DNA of 64,000 nt, from assembly GCA_018064365.1 (NCBI GenBank), contig JAGHVJ010000004.1:8686-72685 (forward strand). Direction: 5' to 3'. Shown one piece after another: positions 49,505 through 59,213 of the stretch. The notes under the pieces were generated by a model. It made no database searches. It had not been told where the DNA came from and saw only the letters and a list, made by a program, of their open reading frames with translations. How positions within the stretch are numbered: the first letter of the stretch is position 1; every line of letters starts with the position of its first letter. The translations under genes and the position numbers were made by a program. The stretch comes from Candidatus Enterousia onthequi (GTDB lineage: Bacteria > Pseudomonadota > Alphaproteobacteria > Rs-D84).

Positions 49505-51775
49505 ATGGTTGAGAAATTCAATATTTTATCTGCGGGCGGGTCGTCCAAGGGCCTGAACATTTTCAAATCGACGGCGTATAAAGAACACGAAGCCGGTCCG
49601 ATGGCGCAAGTGTTCTGGATTTTCCGTTGGAACGCGTCTATGTGGTTGATTTGCGCTGTGGCATTTACATTGGCATTTGTTTTAGAACACATGTGGCGAT
49701 ACGGATGGTCACCTGCAACCGCACATTGGGCTGGGTTATTCTTGCGCGATGCATTACATTCGGGGGGCATGTCGGTTATTGCTGCAGTTCCTGGTTGGTT
49801 TGCACGCGCGTTGGTTAGACCTGATTTTCCAGCGATTGTACCATTACTTCCTATTATTGTGTTTTATTTTGTTTCTGACGATACATTGACCAAGGAATTT
49901 AATCCCCATGGGTCGGATATTTATGATTCTAAATCTTCACGCAAAGCGACTGCCGATGACATTAAAAAAATGGGGCAAAATTGGAAAAATAAAGAAGGGC
50001 TATTCAATGGTTTCATGATGGTATTGGGGTATTTCAAGGACGGTAAAAAAACCAAACCATTGATGTTGGATGAAACATTATCTGCGCTGTGCGTTGCGCC
50101 TCCGGGGGCCGGAAAAACTGCTGGGGTAGTTGTTCCAACGATTGTTGATTGCGATAATGTGTCAATGATTATCAACGACCCAAAACCCGAATTAAAGCAA
50201 AAAACATCTGCGTATCGTGCAACGGTTGGACCAGTGTTCATTATGAACTGGGCGGGACAAGATGACCCTGAACGCGGTATATTTTACCCGTCATGGAATC
50301 CACTATCGCCAGAACACGTCCCGTTTGAAACAGAGCAACGCGATTTGTATATTGATACAATTTGCAAGGTTTTGGTACCAGATGCTGGTGGAACATCTGC
50401 GGACCCACACTGGTCAATTTCTGGGCGGGCTGGACTGTCTGGATTTTTGCAATACATCGTATCCAAAATAGAGCGCGCCAAGGCAGACGATTATTTTTAT
50501 GGTCGCTTGCAATCGGGCGAATTTAACCAAGAAGACGCCGATGTTTTATTAGAATATTATTTATCTATGTCCAGCAATCCAAATGCGTATGCAGCAATGG
50601 GATTATTGCAACGCGGCGAATTAAACACAATGAACTATGTTCATGTCGGCACATGGAGAAACATTCCAGACGCATGGATTGGGCACGAGGCATCGTTATC
50701 TATGATTCTTGATTGGTTAAATGCCGCACAATTGGCAAATGCCGCAGAAATGGAAGAGAGACGCAAACAAGGCGACCAAACTGTCGCGTTTGCCGACCCA
50801 ATGAAAGATGTATTAGACGATGCTGTGAACGAGGCAGTAGAGTTTGCATACGCGCATCGTTCGGTATTAGAATTGACACAATTAGCAAACACTCCTGATA
50901 AAGAACGCGGTTCTATTTTATCAACAATTATGGCGGGATTGGGTGTTTTCCGTAATGCCGCGGTACGCAATAGAACATCACATTCTGATTTCCATTTTGA
51001 AGATTTGCGCGGATTGCGCGACCCACGGGATGGAAAAATTAAACCTGTATCTGTATATCTATCTATAAACATGGTTGATGCCCAAGCATTAAATCCAATT
51101 ACAGGTATATTTATTGAGTTGATGTCGAATTATTTATTGGTGAACACCCCAGACGCAATTAGCTCAAATGGAAAACAACTGGGGCCATATCCGGTATTAT
51201 TCGTGTTGGACGAAATGCCAAAAATGCAAAAGTTGGATGCCGTTATCCAAGGGCCAGATTTGGGACGCGGACAAAAAATATCTTATTTAATCATTGGGCA
51301 AGATTTACACCAAATCCAAGAAAAATACGGTGCGGATGCCGCCGCCACAATTATTTCTACAACGGCCGCAAAAATTGTTATGCGCCAAAATGACCCAGAA
51401 ACCGCAGACCGCTTTTCAAAAATGATTGGCGATGAAATTAAAAAAGAAAAGAAAAAAGACAAAGACGGCAAAGAAACCGAAGAAACAAAAGCACCAAAGC
51501 CATTATATTCACCAATGGATATTTTGACTTTGGGCGAAGGCAAACAAATTATCATATACCAAGGTTGGTACCATAGGCCAATTGAAGCAACCCAGGAACG
51601 GTACTTTTTGGGTAAAACCGATATTCAAAAGAAATTACAAGAAAAGGTTAAAATGGGTGAATCTGCACCAATGCCAGAATTTTTGGTACCGAGCCATTGT
51701 CGCGCTATGGGATACACGGGACAAATTCGATTCATGGACCCAGAAACCAAAACTATAAAAGTCTTATCTGAATAA
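49505..51775 (+). CDS. type IV secretion coupling protein (VirD4/TraG family ATPase)
   Basis: Two N-terminal transmembrane helices, Walker A ALCVAPPGAGKTAGVVVPT, INDPKPEL, Walker B VLFVLDEMPKM, and GRGQKISYLIIGQDLHQIQEKYG...NDPETA. Confidence 0.85.
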   Translation: MVEKFNILSAGGSSKGLNIFKSTAYKEHEAGPMAQVFWIFRWNASMWLICAVAFTLAFVLEHMWRYGWSPATAHWAGLFLRDALHSGGMSVIAAVPGWFARALVRPDFPAIVPLLPIIVFYFVSDDTLTKEFNPHGSDIYDSKSSRKATADDIKKMGQNWKNKEGLFNGFMMVLGYFKDGKKTKPLMLDETLSALCVAPPGAGKTAGVVVPTIVDCDNVSMIINDPKPELKQKTSAYRATVGPVFIMNWAGQDDPERGIFYPSWNPLSPEHVPFETEQRDLYIDTICKVLVPDAGGTSADPHWSISGRAGLSGFLQYIVSKIERAKADDYFYGRLQSGEFNQEDADVLLEYYLSMSSNPNAYAAMGLLQRGELNTMNYVHVGTWRNIPDAWIGHEASLSMILDWLNAAQLANAAEMEERRKQGDQTVAFADPMKDVLDDAVNEAVEFAYAHRSVLELTQLANTPDKERGSILSTIMAGLGVFRNAAVRNRTSHSDFHFEDLRGLRDPRDGKIKPVSVYLSINMVDAQALNPITGIFIELMSNYLLVNTPDAISSNGKQLGPYPVLFVLDEMPKMQKLDAVIQGPDLGRGQKISYLIIGQDLHQIQEKYGADAAATIISTTAAKIVMRQNDPETADRFSKMIGDEIKKEKKKDKDGKETEETKAPKPLYSPMDILTLGEGKQIIIYQGWYHRPIEATQERYFLGKTDIQKKLQEKVKMGESAPMPEFLVPSHCRAMGYTGQIRFMDPETKTIKVLSE

Positions 51776-51782
51776 AACCCCG

Positions 51783-53042
51783 ATGAAAAAGTTTGGCTTT
51801 GTTTTTGTAGTGTGTTTTATATTGTCTGGTTGTGCCAATGTTATGGTTGGACAACTGGATGATGCACGCGAATCTTTTGCAAACAATGATTTTATAGAAT
51901 CAGCAACACAATTTGCAGATAATAAAAATATATCTGAACAAAACAGTTTAGAATTGTTGATAACAGGGTTAAACCAATTCCAAGCGCAAGATTATCATGC
52001 CAGCGATACTACATTTGAAGAATTTAACAAACGAAATATCAACACCACATCAGGCAGTATTTTGCGCGAAGCCACAAATATCATTGCTGGGCGTATGGCA
52101 TCTGAATATCGGCCATATATGATGGATTCTTTATTTGTGTCGTATTATCAGATTTGGGATGCAATTGGCGATGGTCGGCACGATGATGTACGCGTTATTA
52201 TAAACCAATCTTATGCACGGCAACAAGAGATGTCGCGCGAATATGCTGATTTAGTCGAAAAAAATTCAGAAAAAAACACACCAGAAAATTCTGAACTGGT
52301 ATCAAAACTGGAAGAAAACAAGGCTAATTGGGCAGCATACACAGACATTATGAATCCGGCGTTGATGTATTTGGCGGGCATTTGGTTTTTAAATGACGGC
52401 GATTTTAATGACGCAGAAACATATCTGAAACGCGCAGTCGGTATGTCTGACGGTAATTCTTATGTCGCAACAGATTTAGATTTATCTGAACAAAAAACAA
52501 AACCGACAAACACAACGTGGATATTTATTGAGTCTGGATTTGCACCACGCTTGCGTCAAGAAACTGTATCTTTGCCAATTGTCACAAATAACGGTATTAT
52601 TTGGTCGGCGGTGGCGATTGCCGTACCAGAATTTGGGCACACTACTGTTTATATCCCAGGTGTAAAACCATTGGCAGATGTAAACGCTATGTTTATGACA
52701 GAGTTTAATGAATACAGTATAAATGATGCTTTGCGCGCATTCGCCTCCACATCTGCGCGAACGATTGCACAGTCTGCAGTATATAATTCAGACAGTCCGT
52801 ATGCGGGACTTTTTGGATTGGGGGCAACTTTATTTTCTGTGGCGACAACCGATGCTGAAATTCGTTCTTGGGTGACCTTGCCAGAAAACATTGGTGTTAT
52901 GCGAGTAAATACAACTGACTTGATTGGTGGAAAATTAAATGATAAACTGGGGATTAGTTTAGATTTGAAAACATCTGGAAATTATTTAATCTATGTGCGA
53001 TTGACAGGTAATACCCCAATTGTGCATACGTTCAAAATATAA
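51783..53042 (+). CDS. lipoprotein; possibly the COG3014 / Campylobacter Cj0089-like family (assigned from memory)
   Basis: Lipobox FILSGC. 419 aa with TPR-like helical N-terminal and beta-rich C-terminal halves. Starts 8 nt after the coupling-protein stop. Confidence 0.6.
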   Translation: MKKFGFVFVVCFILSGCANVMVGQLDDARESFANNDFIESATQFADNKNISEQNSLELLITGLNQFQAQDYHASDTTFEEFNKRNINTTSGSILREATNIIAGRMASEYRPYMMDSLFVSYYQIWDAIGDGRHDDVRVIINQSYARQQEMSREYADLVEKNSEKNTPENSELVSKLEENKANWAAYTDIMNPALMYLAGIWFLNDGDFNDAETYLKRAVGMSDGNSYVATDLDLSEQKTKPTNTTWIFIESGFAPRLRQETVSLPIVTNNGIIWSAVAIAVPEFGHTTVYIPGVKPLADVNAMFMTEFNEYSINDALRAFASTSARTIAQSAVYNSDSPYAGLFGLGATLFSVATTDAEIRSWVTLPENIGVMRVNTTDLIGGKLNDKLGISLDLKTSGNYLIYVRLTGNTPIVHTFKI

Positions 53043-53060
53043 AACAAAGGAGAAACAAAT

Positions 53061-53666
53061 ATGAAAAAATTATTACCGATTGCATTGTGTGCAGTTTTGG
53101 CAGGATGTGGGGGAACTCGCGTTGTTGATTTGGATAATCAACAAGAAGTCGCAACGATGCAAGATGTGATGGAATTAGAATATCGTGATTGGGAAAAAAC
53201 CGCGGCAAATATGACAGATTCTATGTTAAAAGGTAATGCTTTGACAGGCATCAACAAACCAATTATTGCAGTGGCAAATATTAAAAACGATACTATGCAA
53301 AGATTTGATACGGATATCTTGATTAAAAAAATCCGTGCGACAATTGTAAAATCTGGGCGCGCACAAATCGCAACAAACTTTACCGGCGAAGATACAACCA
53401 GTAATACCGTGCGTGCGACACGCGGAAACGATGAATACGACCAATCTACATTTGCGACCAAGGGGACTTTGGTTGCGCCAAACATGTCTTTATCTGGGAA
53501 AATGATTCAACGCAATTTGAAATTGGAATCTGGATGGTTTTCTGCTGTGGATACACGCGTAGAATATTATCTGCAACTGACATTGACTGATTTGAAAACA
53601 GGTTTATCCGTATGGGAAGACGAACAACCAATTGTCAAAGAAGGCACACATGCCCCAACATGGTAA
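53061..53666 (+). CDS. LpoB-like (COG3417) lipoprotein
   Basis: Lipobox VLAGCG. EYRDWEKTAANMTDSMLKG...IIAVANIKNDT...YYLQLTLTDLKTGLSVWEDE is collinear with E. coli LpoB (YDWNGAMQPMVSKML...LLVDSVNNRT...LQMQLMLVQTGEIIW). Confidence 0.7.
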   Translation: MKKLLPIALCAVLAGCGGTRVVDLDNQQEVATMQDVMELEYRDWEKTAANMTDSMLKGNALTGINKPIIAVANIKNDTMQRFDTDILIKKIRATIVKSGRAQIATNFTGEDTTSNTVRATRGNDEYDQSTFATKGTLVAPNMSLSGKMIQRNLKLESGWFSAVDTRVEYYLQLTLTDLKTGLSVWEDEQPIVKEGTHAPTW

Positions 53667-53696
53667 TTTGGGCCTAACTGGATATTACCAAAGCAA

Positions 53697-53728
53697 AACA
53701 CCGACAAAAATGCCGGTGTTTTTTTTCG
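53697..53728 (+). terminator. rho-independent terminator
   Basis: aaaacaccgac-aaaaat-gccggtg followed by a T8 run. Nearly identical to the terminator at 60507. Confidence 0.8.
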
Positions 53729-53766
53729 ACGGATAGATGATTAGATACAGATTTGCACCACCCGTA

Positions 53767-55104
53767 TCAATCAAATGGATTTTCTGACTTTTCGTATTCT
53801 AAAACAATTGGCAAGTGTTCCCAATGCAGCGCCGTTGCAATCCCACGACGCAAATAACGCGTATATGATTCTGGGATATCTGATGCACCACCAACATTTA
53901 TTTTGATACGCATTGGATAACGACCAATCTGGCGTGCAAATTTTATTTTCATTGCACGTTTCAACCGCGACATTGGTGGTTGACGTTGTTCCACTAATTT
54001 TTCAACAATTCTATTTAACAAACTGGTTGGGACAGACGCCGATGCAATATCGTATTGTTCATAAATTCTTTTGAACATATTTTGGACACCGGTGCTGGTT
54101 TCTGCGGATATTGCCAATATCAGGGGCTTTATAATTTGATGAAAAGAATTTGAAAACTGGTGTTTTAATTTTAACAATTTTTCATCACGTTCTGCGACAT
54201 CTACTAAATCCCATTTATTTAATGCAACACATAAAATTTTGCCAGCATCATAAACGCGCGCCGCAATCGACAAACTTTGATTTTCTATGTTTTTTGTTGC
54301 GTCAACAACCAATATCACCACATCTGATTTTTCAATAGAATCCAATGCCTTTAACGCAGACAATGTTTCAACATCGTCGGTCACCCCAGATTTACGACGT
54401 AATCCCGCGGTATCCATTATTACAATATCACGACCATAAAATCTGGTTGGGATTTTTACTGTATCCCTGGTAATCCCAGGCGCATCCATAACAATTTGTC
54501 TATGTTCGCCCAAAACACGATTTACAAATGTAGATTTACCGACATTTGGTTGACCCAAGACCGCAATTTTTATGCGGTTATCGGATTCTGGTTCTGGGGT
54601 TGTGATATCTATATTTTTATCCGATGCGATTTTATCTAAAAATTCATAAATTTCATCGATTCCACGTTTATGTTCCGCAGAAATCATATGTGGCTCGCCA
54701 CAACCCAATTTATAAAATTCGTTTATATCGGTCAATCTTTTTGCAGATTCTGATTTATTCACCAACAATAATATCGGAGATTTTGTTTTACGATGAATCA
54801 ATTTCGCCCATTGAATATCCATAGATGTCAAACCAACACGCCCATCAACCACAAACAACACCGCGTCTGCACTTGCAATCGCATCCAGTGCCATATTTGT
54901 AGAATCCAGTGCGATTCCGTCGCGCGCATTTTCCAGTCCCGCCGTATCAAACAATTCATATGGACGGTCACGCATTGTGCCACTGATTACATCACGCGTA
55001 ACACCGGGGCGGTCATGCACCAATGCATCCCGAGAGCCTGTAAGAGCGTTAAATAAAGTTGACTTACCCGTATTTGGGCGACCAGATATAATAACTTTCA
55101 TCAT
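53767..55104 (-). CDS. der: ribosome-biogenesis GTPase Der (EngA)
   Basis: Two GTPase domains (GRPNTGKSTLFNAL, DTAGL; GQPNVGKSTFVNRV, DTAGLRR) and a KH-like C-terminus. The start is set at MMKVIISG (55104). Confidence 0.93.
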   Translation of the reverse strand: MMKVIISGRPNTGKSTLFNALTGSRDALVHDRPGVTRDVISGTMRDRPYELFDTAGLENARDGIALDSTNMALDAIASADAVLFVVDGRVGLTSMDIQWAKLIHRKTKSPILLLVNKSESAKRLTDINEFYKLGCGEPHMISAEHKRGIDEIYEFLDKIASDKNIDITTPEPESDNRIKIAVLGQPNVGKSTFVNRVLGEHRQIVMDAPGITRDTVKIPTRFYGRDIVIMDTAGLRRKSGVTDDVETLSALKALDSIEKSDVVILVVDATKNIENQSLSIAARVYDAGKILCVALNKWDLVDVAERDEKLLKLKHQFSNSFHQIIKPLILAISAETSTGVQNMFKRIYEQYDIASASVPTSLLNRIVEKLVEQRQPPMSRLKRAMKIKFARQIGRYPMRIKINVGGASDIPESYTRYLRRGIATALHWEHLPIVLEYEKSENPFD

Positions 55105-55178
55105 TTGTTTTTTCCGTTGATTTTTTATAATTATAAAGCAAAAATATAAATAAGCAAATTTTATAGGGGAGGCAAACC

Positions 55179-55775
55179 ATGCTTTATAAAACAAAAAAGT
55201 TTTTAACAAATGTTCGCGATGCAATAGTAAACCCTAAAAGTTTTTTCAAAAAGATTGTTGCAGACGGCGATTTAGAAGAATCTATGTTGCGTGCGTTTAT
55301 TTATGGTCTGATTGGTGGCGTTTTGGTATTGGTGTTTCGTTTGATTGGTGGTGCGACCATTACTATTGGCTCTGTGTTTTCGGCACTGATTATTGTTCCT
55401 GTATTGGCGGTGGCTTTATTATTCATAATGGGCGGATTGCTGATGTTGATTTCTGAAATCACAGGTGGCGAACGCGATTGGGAAATTGCTATCAAAGGGT
55501 TGGCATCTATATTTTTTATGTATCCGGTAATATTGTTATTGAATTCTTTGGCTTTTAATTGTTGGTCTGTGTGGATTATTAGTGTTTGTGTTGACACTTG
55601 GGTTTTATATATGTTATATTGTATATCTGTGTATTGCATGCATGGGGACCGCAAAAACATCATGATTGTGATTGGTATTTTAGCCGTGTTCGTTTTAACA
55701 CTGTATATCAGCGATTATAGAACCAGTTGGTTTATGTTAAAAAATGCTGGTGCAACACTTTCTTGTTTATTATAA
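55179..55775 (+). CDS. Yip1-domain integral membrane protein
   Basis: 198 aa with 5 predicted transmembrane helices. The N-terminus ...VNPKSFFKKIVADGDLEESMLRAFIYGLIGG is typical of the Yip1/DUF1282 family. Confidence 0.6.
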   Translation: MLYKTKKFLTNVRDAIVNPKSFFKKIVADGDLEESMLRAFIYGLIGGVLVLVFRLIGGATITIGSVFSALIIVPVLAVALLFIMGGLLMLISEITGGERDWEIAIKGLASIFFMYPVILLLNSLAFNCWSVWIISVCVDTWVLYMLYCISVYCMHGDRKNIMIVIGILAVFVLTLYISDYRTSWFMLKNAGATLSCLL

Positions 55776-55800
55776 AAATCGGGCGATGCCCGATTTTTTA
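55775..55800 (+). terminator. rho-independent terminator
   Basis: atcgggc-gat-gcccgat followed by a T-run. Confidence 0.8.
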
Positions 55801-55843
55801 ATATATCGTTATTTTTCTGGACATATTGGGGTGGAATAAAAAT

Positions 55844-55872
55844 TTGCAAATGGAAATTTTTGCATTTATAAT
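55844..55872 (+). promoter_or_regulatory. sigma70-like promoter of pnp: TTGCAA, 17-nt spacer, TATAAT
   Basis: ttgcaa at 55844-55849 and tataat at 55867-55872. Confidence 0.6.
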
Positions 55873-55883
55873 GAGTCCAGTTC

Positions 55884-55968
55884 GCGGAGGGTAATTGTTC
55901 ATTTTTGCACTTTATTCGTAAAACAACCGATTAGTGTCCAGAGTGTAAAAACGAATGATTTTCTCCGC
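55884..55968 (+). promoter_or_regulatory. long imperfect stem-loop in the pnp 5' UTR
   Basis: gcggag (55884-55889) pairs with ctccgc (55963-55968), and attcgt pairs with acgaat further in. This is an approximately 85-nt hairpin within an approximately 130-nt leader. Confidence 0.4.
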
Positions 55969-56007
55969 AAAATCTAAACAAACTTTTAAAAAATGGAGAA
56001 AAAAATC

Positions 56008-58203
56008 ATGTTATTTGGTTTATTTAACAAAAATGACAAAGATGTAAATGCTGCACATCCTTTGAATCACCCTGTTGCAGTAGAAATTAAATACGGTGAT
56101 GAAACATTACGTTTGGAAACAGGACGTATGGCAAAACAAGCGAACGGTGCTGTTTTAGCAACAATGGGCGGAACAATGGTTTTGGCAACGGTCTGTGCAG
56201 AAAAAAGCGCTGTCGAGGGTCAAGATTTCTTTCCTTTGACTGTTGATTATCAAGAAAAATTCGCATCATCTGGGCGTATTCCAGGTTCACGCGATAGACG
56301 TGAAGGTAAAGCATCGGTCAGCGAAACACTGATTGCGCGTTTGATTGACCGCCCTATTCGTCCATTATTCCCAGACACATTTAAAAACAAAGTTCAAATC
56401 ATTGCCCAGGTGTTTTCTTATGATAAAAAGAATCAACCTGATATCGTTGCTATGATTGCATCATCTGCGGCTTTGGCTTTGTCTGGCGTTCCTTTCCAAG
56501 GGCCAATTGGTGCGGCACGTGTTGGTTATATTGATGGCGAATATGTTTTGAATCCGTCTCGTCGTGATGTTGATACACGTTCTGAAATGGATTTGGTTGT
56601 TGCCGCTACGAAAGATGGCGTGTTGATGGTCGAATCTGAAATTGGTGAATTAGACGAAGAAACAACATTGGGCGCTGTTAAATTCGGATTTGATGCGCAA
56701 CAGGCTGTTATTGATGCGATTAACGAATTGGTTGCAAATGTTGGTAAAGAACGTTGGGAAACCCCAGAACATTCCGAAGAATATATTGCAATGGAAAAAG
56801 ATTTTGCTGGGTTTGAAAAACAAATTACTGATGCTTTGTTGATTAAAGAAAAACTGAATCGTTTGGAAACATTGGCAGAAATTCACTCTGCGGCCAAATC
56901 TCGCATTGCTGAATTATTCCCAGAAACAACAACTGCTGTATCTACATTGGAATCATGGGCTGATGAAATTGTAGAATCTTTGACTGCAAAAATTATGCGC
57001 GGCAATATCTTGGCAGGAAAACCACGTATTGACGGTCGCGATACCAAAACTGTGCGTCCAATTGAAATTGAATTGGGTGTATTACCACGCGCACACGGGT
57101 CTGCGTTGTTCACACGTGGCGAAACCCAGGCTTTGGTGTCTTTGACATTAGGTGGCGGCAAAGATGCTTTGCCAATTGAAAGTTTGGACGGTTCCGAAGA
57201 ACGCGATTTCATTTTGAATTATAATTTCCCAGGATATTCCGTTGGTGAAGCCAAAGGTTTAAAATCGCCCGGACGTCGCGAATTGGGACACGGTAATTTG
57301 GCATGGCGTGCATTACATCCAATGATGCCAAGTCGCGAAAAATTCGATTATGTCGTACGTGTATGTTCCGATATTTTGGAATCTAATGGTTCTTCTTCTA
57401 TGGCAACAACATGCGGCGCAACATTGGCCATGATGGACGGCGGTGTGCCATTAACACGTCCAGTTGCCGGTATCGCAATGGGATTGATTAAAGAAGGCGA
57501 CGATTATGCAATCTTGACCGATATTTTGGGCGACGAAGACCATTTGGGCGATATGGACTTTAAAGTCACAGGAACCAAAGACGGTATCACAGCGTTACAA
57601 ATGGATATCAAAATTACATCTATTACTTTTGATATTATGAAACATGCTTTGGCCCAGGCAAAAGACGGTCGTATGCATATTTTGGGTAAAATCGAAAATG
57701 CAATTTCTGCACCACGTGAAACAGTGTCTGAATTTGCACCACAAATTTATGCAATCAAAATAAATCCGGACAAAGTACGTGAAGTTATCGGCAAAGGTGG
57801 TTCTGTTATCCAGGCTTTGGTTCGCGATACTAATACGACAATTGATTTGGACGATGACGGAAATGTTAAAATTTTGGCAACAACCAAAGAAGATGCAGAT
57901 GCGGCTATCCAACGCATCAAAGACATTGTCGCAGAACCCGAGGTTGGCAAAATTTACAAAGGTGTTGTGAGTGGCGTTAAGAACTTTGGTCTGTTTGTGA
58001 AATTCATGGGAAACAATGAATCCATGGTACACATTTCTGACATCACAGGAAAACACCTGAAAAGCATTGAAGATGCTAAATTGAAGGAAGGCGATGAAGT
58101 TTGGGTCAGATTTGATGGCACAGACGAACGCGGAAAAACTCACCTGAGCATGAAAGGTATTGACCAAAAAACAGGTGAAGAAATTAAAAAGTCTTCAAAA
58201 TAA
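56008..58203 (+). CDS. pnp: polyribonucleotide nucleotidyltransferase (PNPase)
   Basis: Two RNase PH domains plus KH and S1 domains (ETGRMAKQANGAV..., GKGGSVIQAL, VGKIYKGVVSGVKNFGLFVKF). The ATG at 56008 is preferred (GGAG 9 nt upstream); the track ORF starts at 55993. Confidence 0.95.
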   Translation: MLFGLFNKNDKDVNAAHPLNHPVAVEIKYGDETLRLETGRMAKQANGAVLATMGGTMVLATVCAEKSAVEGQDFFPLTVDYQEKFASSGRIPGSRDRREGKASVSETLIARLIDRPIRPLFPDTFKNKVQIIAQVFSYDKKNQPDIVAMIASSAALALSGVPFQGPIGAARVGYIDGEYVLNPSRRDVDTRSEMDLVVAATKDGVLMVESEIGELDEETTLGAVKFGFDAQQAVIDAINELVANVGKERWETPEHSEEYIAMEKDFAGFEKQITDALLIKEKLNRLETLAEIHSAAKSRIAELFPETTTAVSTLESWADEIVESLTAKIMRGNILAGKPRIDGRDTKTVRPIEIELGVLPRAHGSALFTRGETQALVSLTLGGGKDALPIESLDGSEERDFILNYNFPGYSVGEAKGLKSPGRRELGHGNLAWRALHPMMPSREKFDYVVRVCSDILESNGSSSMATTCGATLAMMDGGVPLTRPVAGIAMGLIKEGDDYAILTDILGDEDHLGDMDFKVTGTKDGITALQMDIKITSITFDIMKHALAQAKDGRMHILGKIENAISAPRETVSEFAPQIYAIKINPDKVREVIGKGGSVIQALVRDTNTTIDLDDDGNVKILATTKEDADAAIQRIKDIVAEPEVGKIYKGVVSGVKNFGLFVKFMGNNESMVHISDITGKHLKSIEDAKLKEGDEVWVRFDGTDERGKTHLSMKGIDQKTGEEIKKSSK

Positions 58204-58210
58204 AAAATAA

Positions 58211-58240
58211 AAACAAGCCCACCCAGATGGGCTTGTTTTA
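58211..58240 (+). terminator. rho-independent terminator of pnp
   Basis: aacaagccc-acccagat-gggcttgtt followed by T residues. Confidence 0.7.
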
Positions 58241-58259
58241 TAAACAAAGGATTTACAAT

Positions 58260-58559
58260 ATGGATTTAAACGAAATGATGGCCCAGGCGCATGAATTGCA
58301 AGCAAAAGTGACTGCGGCCCAAGATAGTTTAGGCAAAATAGATGTCAAAGGTATTGCTGGTAATGGCGCGGTTATTGTCGACATGACCGCAAAATACGAT
58401 GTTCAAAATGTTATCATATCTGATGAAGCGATGAAAAACACACCAGAAAACCTTGCAAAAATCGTCGCACAAGCGTTTATTGACGCCAAGGCAAAAGCAG
58501 ATGCCATTATCGACAAAACGATGTCTGACGCGACCCAAGGCGTCGAATTACCGTTTTAA
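58260..58559 (+). CDS. ybaB: nucleoid-associated protein YbaB/EbfC
   Basis: MDLNEMMAQAHELQAKVTAAQDSLGKIDVKGIAGNGAVIVDMTAKYDV. The start at 58260 has an AAGGA Shine-Dalgarno and clears the pnp terminator. Confidence 0.88.
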   Translation: MDLNEMMAQAHELQAKVTAAQDSLGKIDVKGIAGNGAVIVDMTAKYDVQNVIISDEAMKNTPENLAKIVAQAFIDAKAKADAIIDKTMSDATQGVELPF

Positions 58560-58569
58560 TAGTTATTCA

Positions 58570-58602
58570 AAAAAACACCCGACAAAAAGTCGGGTATTTT
58601 TA
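58570..58602. terminator. bidirectional terminator between ybaB and infC
   Basis: A-run, acccgac-aaaaa-gtcgggt, T-run. Confidence 0.8.
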
Positions 58603-58606
58603 TGTT

Positions 58607-59158
58607 TTATTTATTATTTGGTTTTGCGGGCGCAACGATGATTGATTTCGTTCTTTCATCCGGTTTAGATTTTGATTCTAATGTTCCTGCATCACCAATT
58701 ATTTCCATAATATGCGCAAATAATTCAGGGATTGCATCACGACCTTGGGCCAAAACACGTTTACGCCCCTTGGTCATAACGGAAATTTTAACCTTGTCAC
58801 CATCTGCCAAAAATTCAAAAACCTTTTTCAGTTTGATTTGCAAGTCATTTTCTTCAATAAATGGTTTGACCCACACATCACGCATTTCTATTGTTTTTTG
58901 GTTTTTTCTAGCCTCGGATGCGCGTTTTTTCTGTTCGTATTTATATTTGCCATAATCCATAATCTTGACGATTGGCGTGTCGCCATTAGCGTTTATTTCC
59001 ACCAAGTCTAACCCGGCGTTTTCTGCCATTTCCAAGGCATTTGCAGTCGGCATAACGCCCATATTTTGCCCGTCAGAAGTGATAACTTGGACAGATTTTG
59101 CAAAAATCCGATTATTTATGCGCGGACCGTTATCGCGCCGATTGTCACGGTTATTCAT
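58607..59158 (-). CDS. infC: translation initiation factor IF-3 (ATG start)
   Basis: RINNRIFAKSVQVITSDGQNMGVMPTANALEMAENAGLDLVEI ... KEARKNQK. Confidence 0.93.
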   Translation of the reverse strand: MNNRDNRRDNGPRINNRIFAKSVQVITSDGQNMGVMPTANALEMAENAGLDLVEINANGDTPIVKIMDYGKYKYEQKKRASEARKNQKTIEMRDVWVKPFIEENDLQIKLKKVFEFLADGDKVKISVMTKGRKRVLAQGRDAIPELFAHIMEIIGDAGTLESKSKPDERTKSIIVAPAKPNNK

Positions 59159-59213
59159 ATTAGGTTTAATTTTAGGCTCCTTTGTATTACTTGGTGATAA
59201 TTATTGAATAAAA

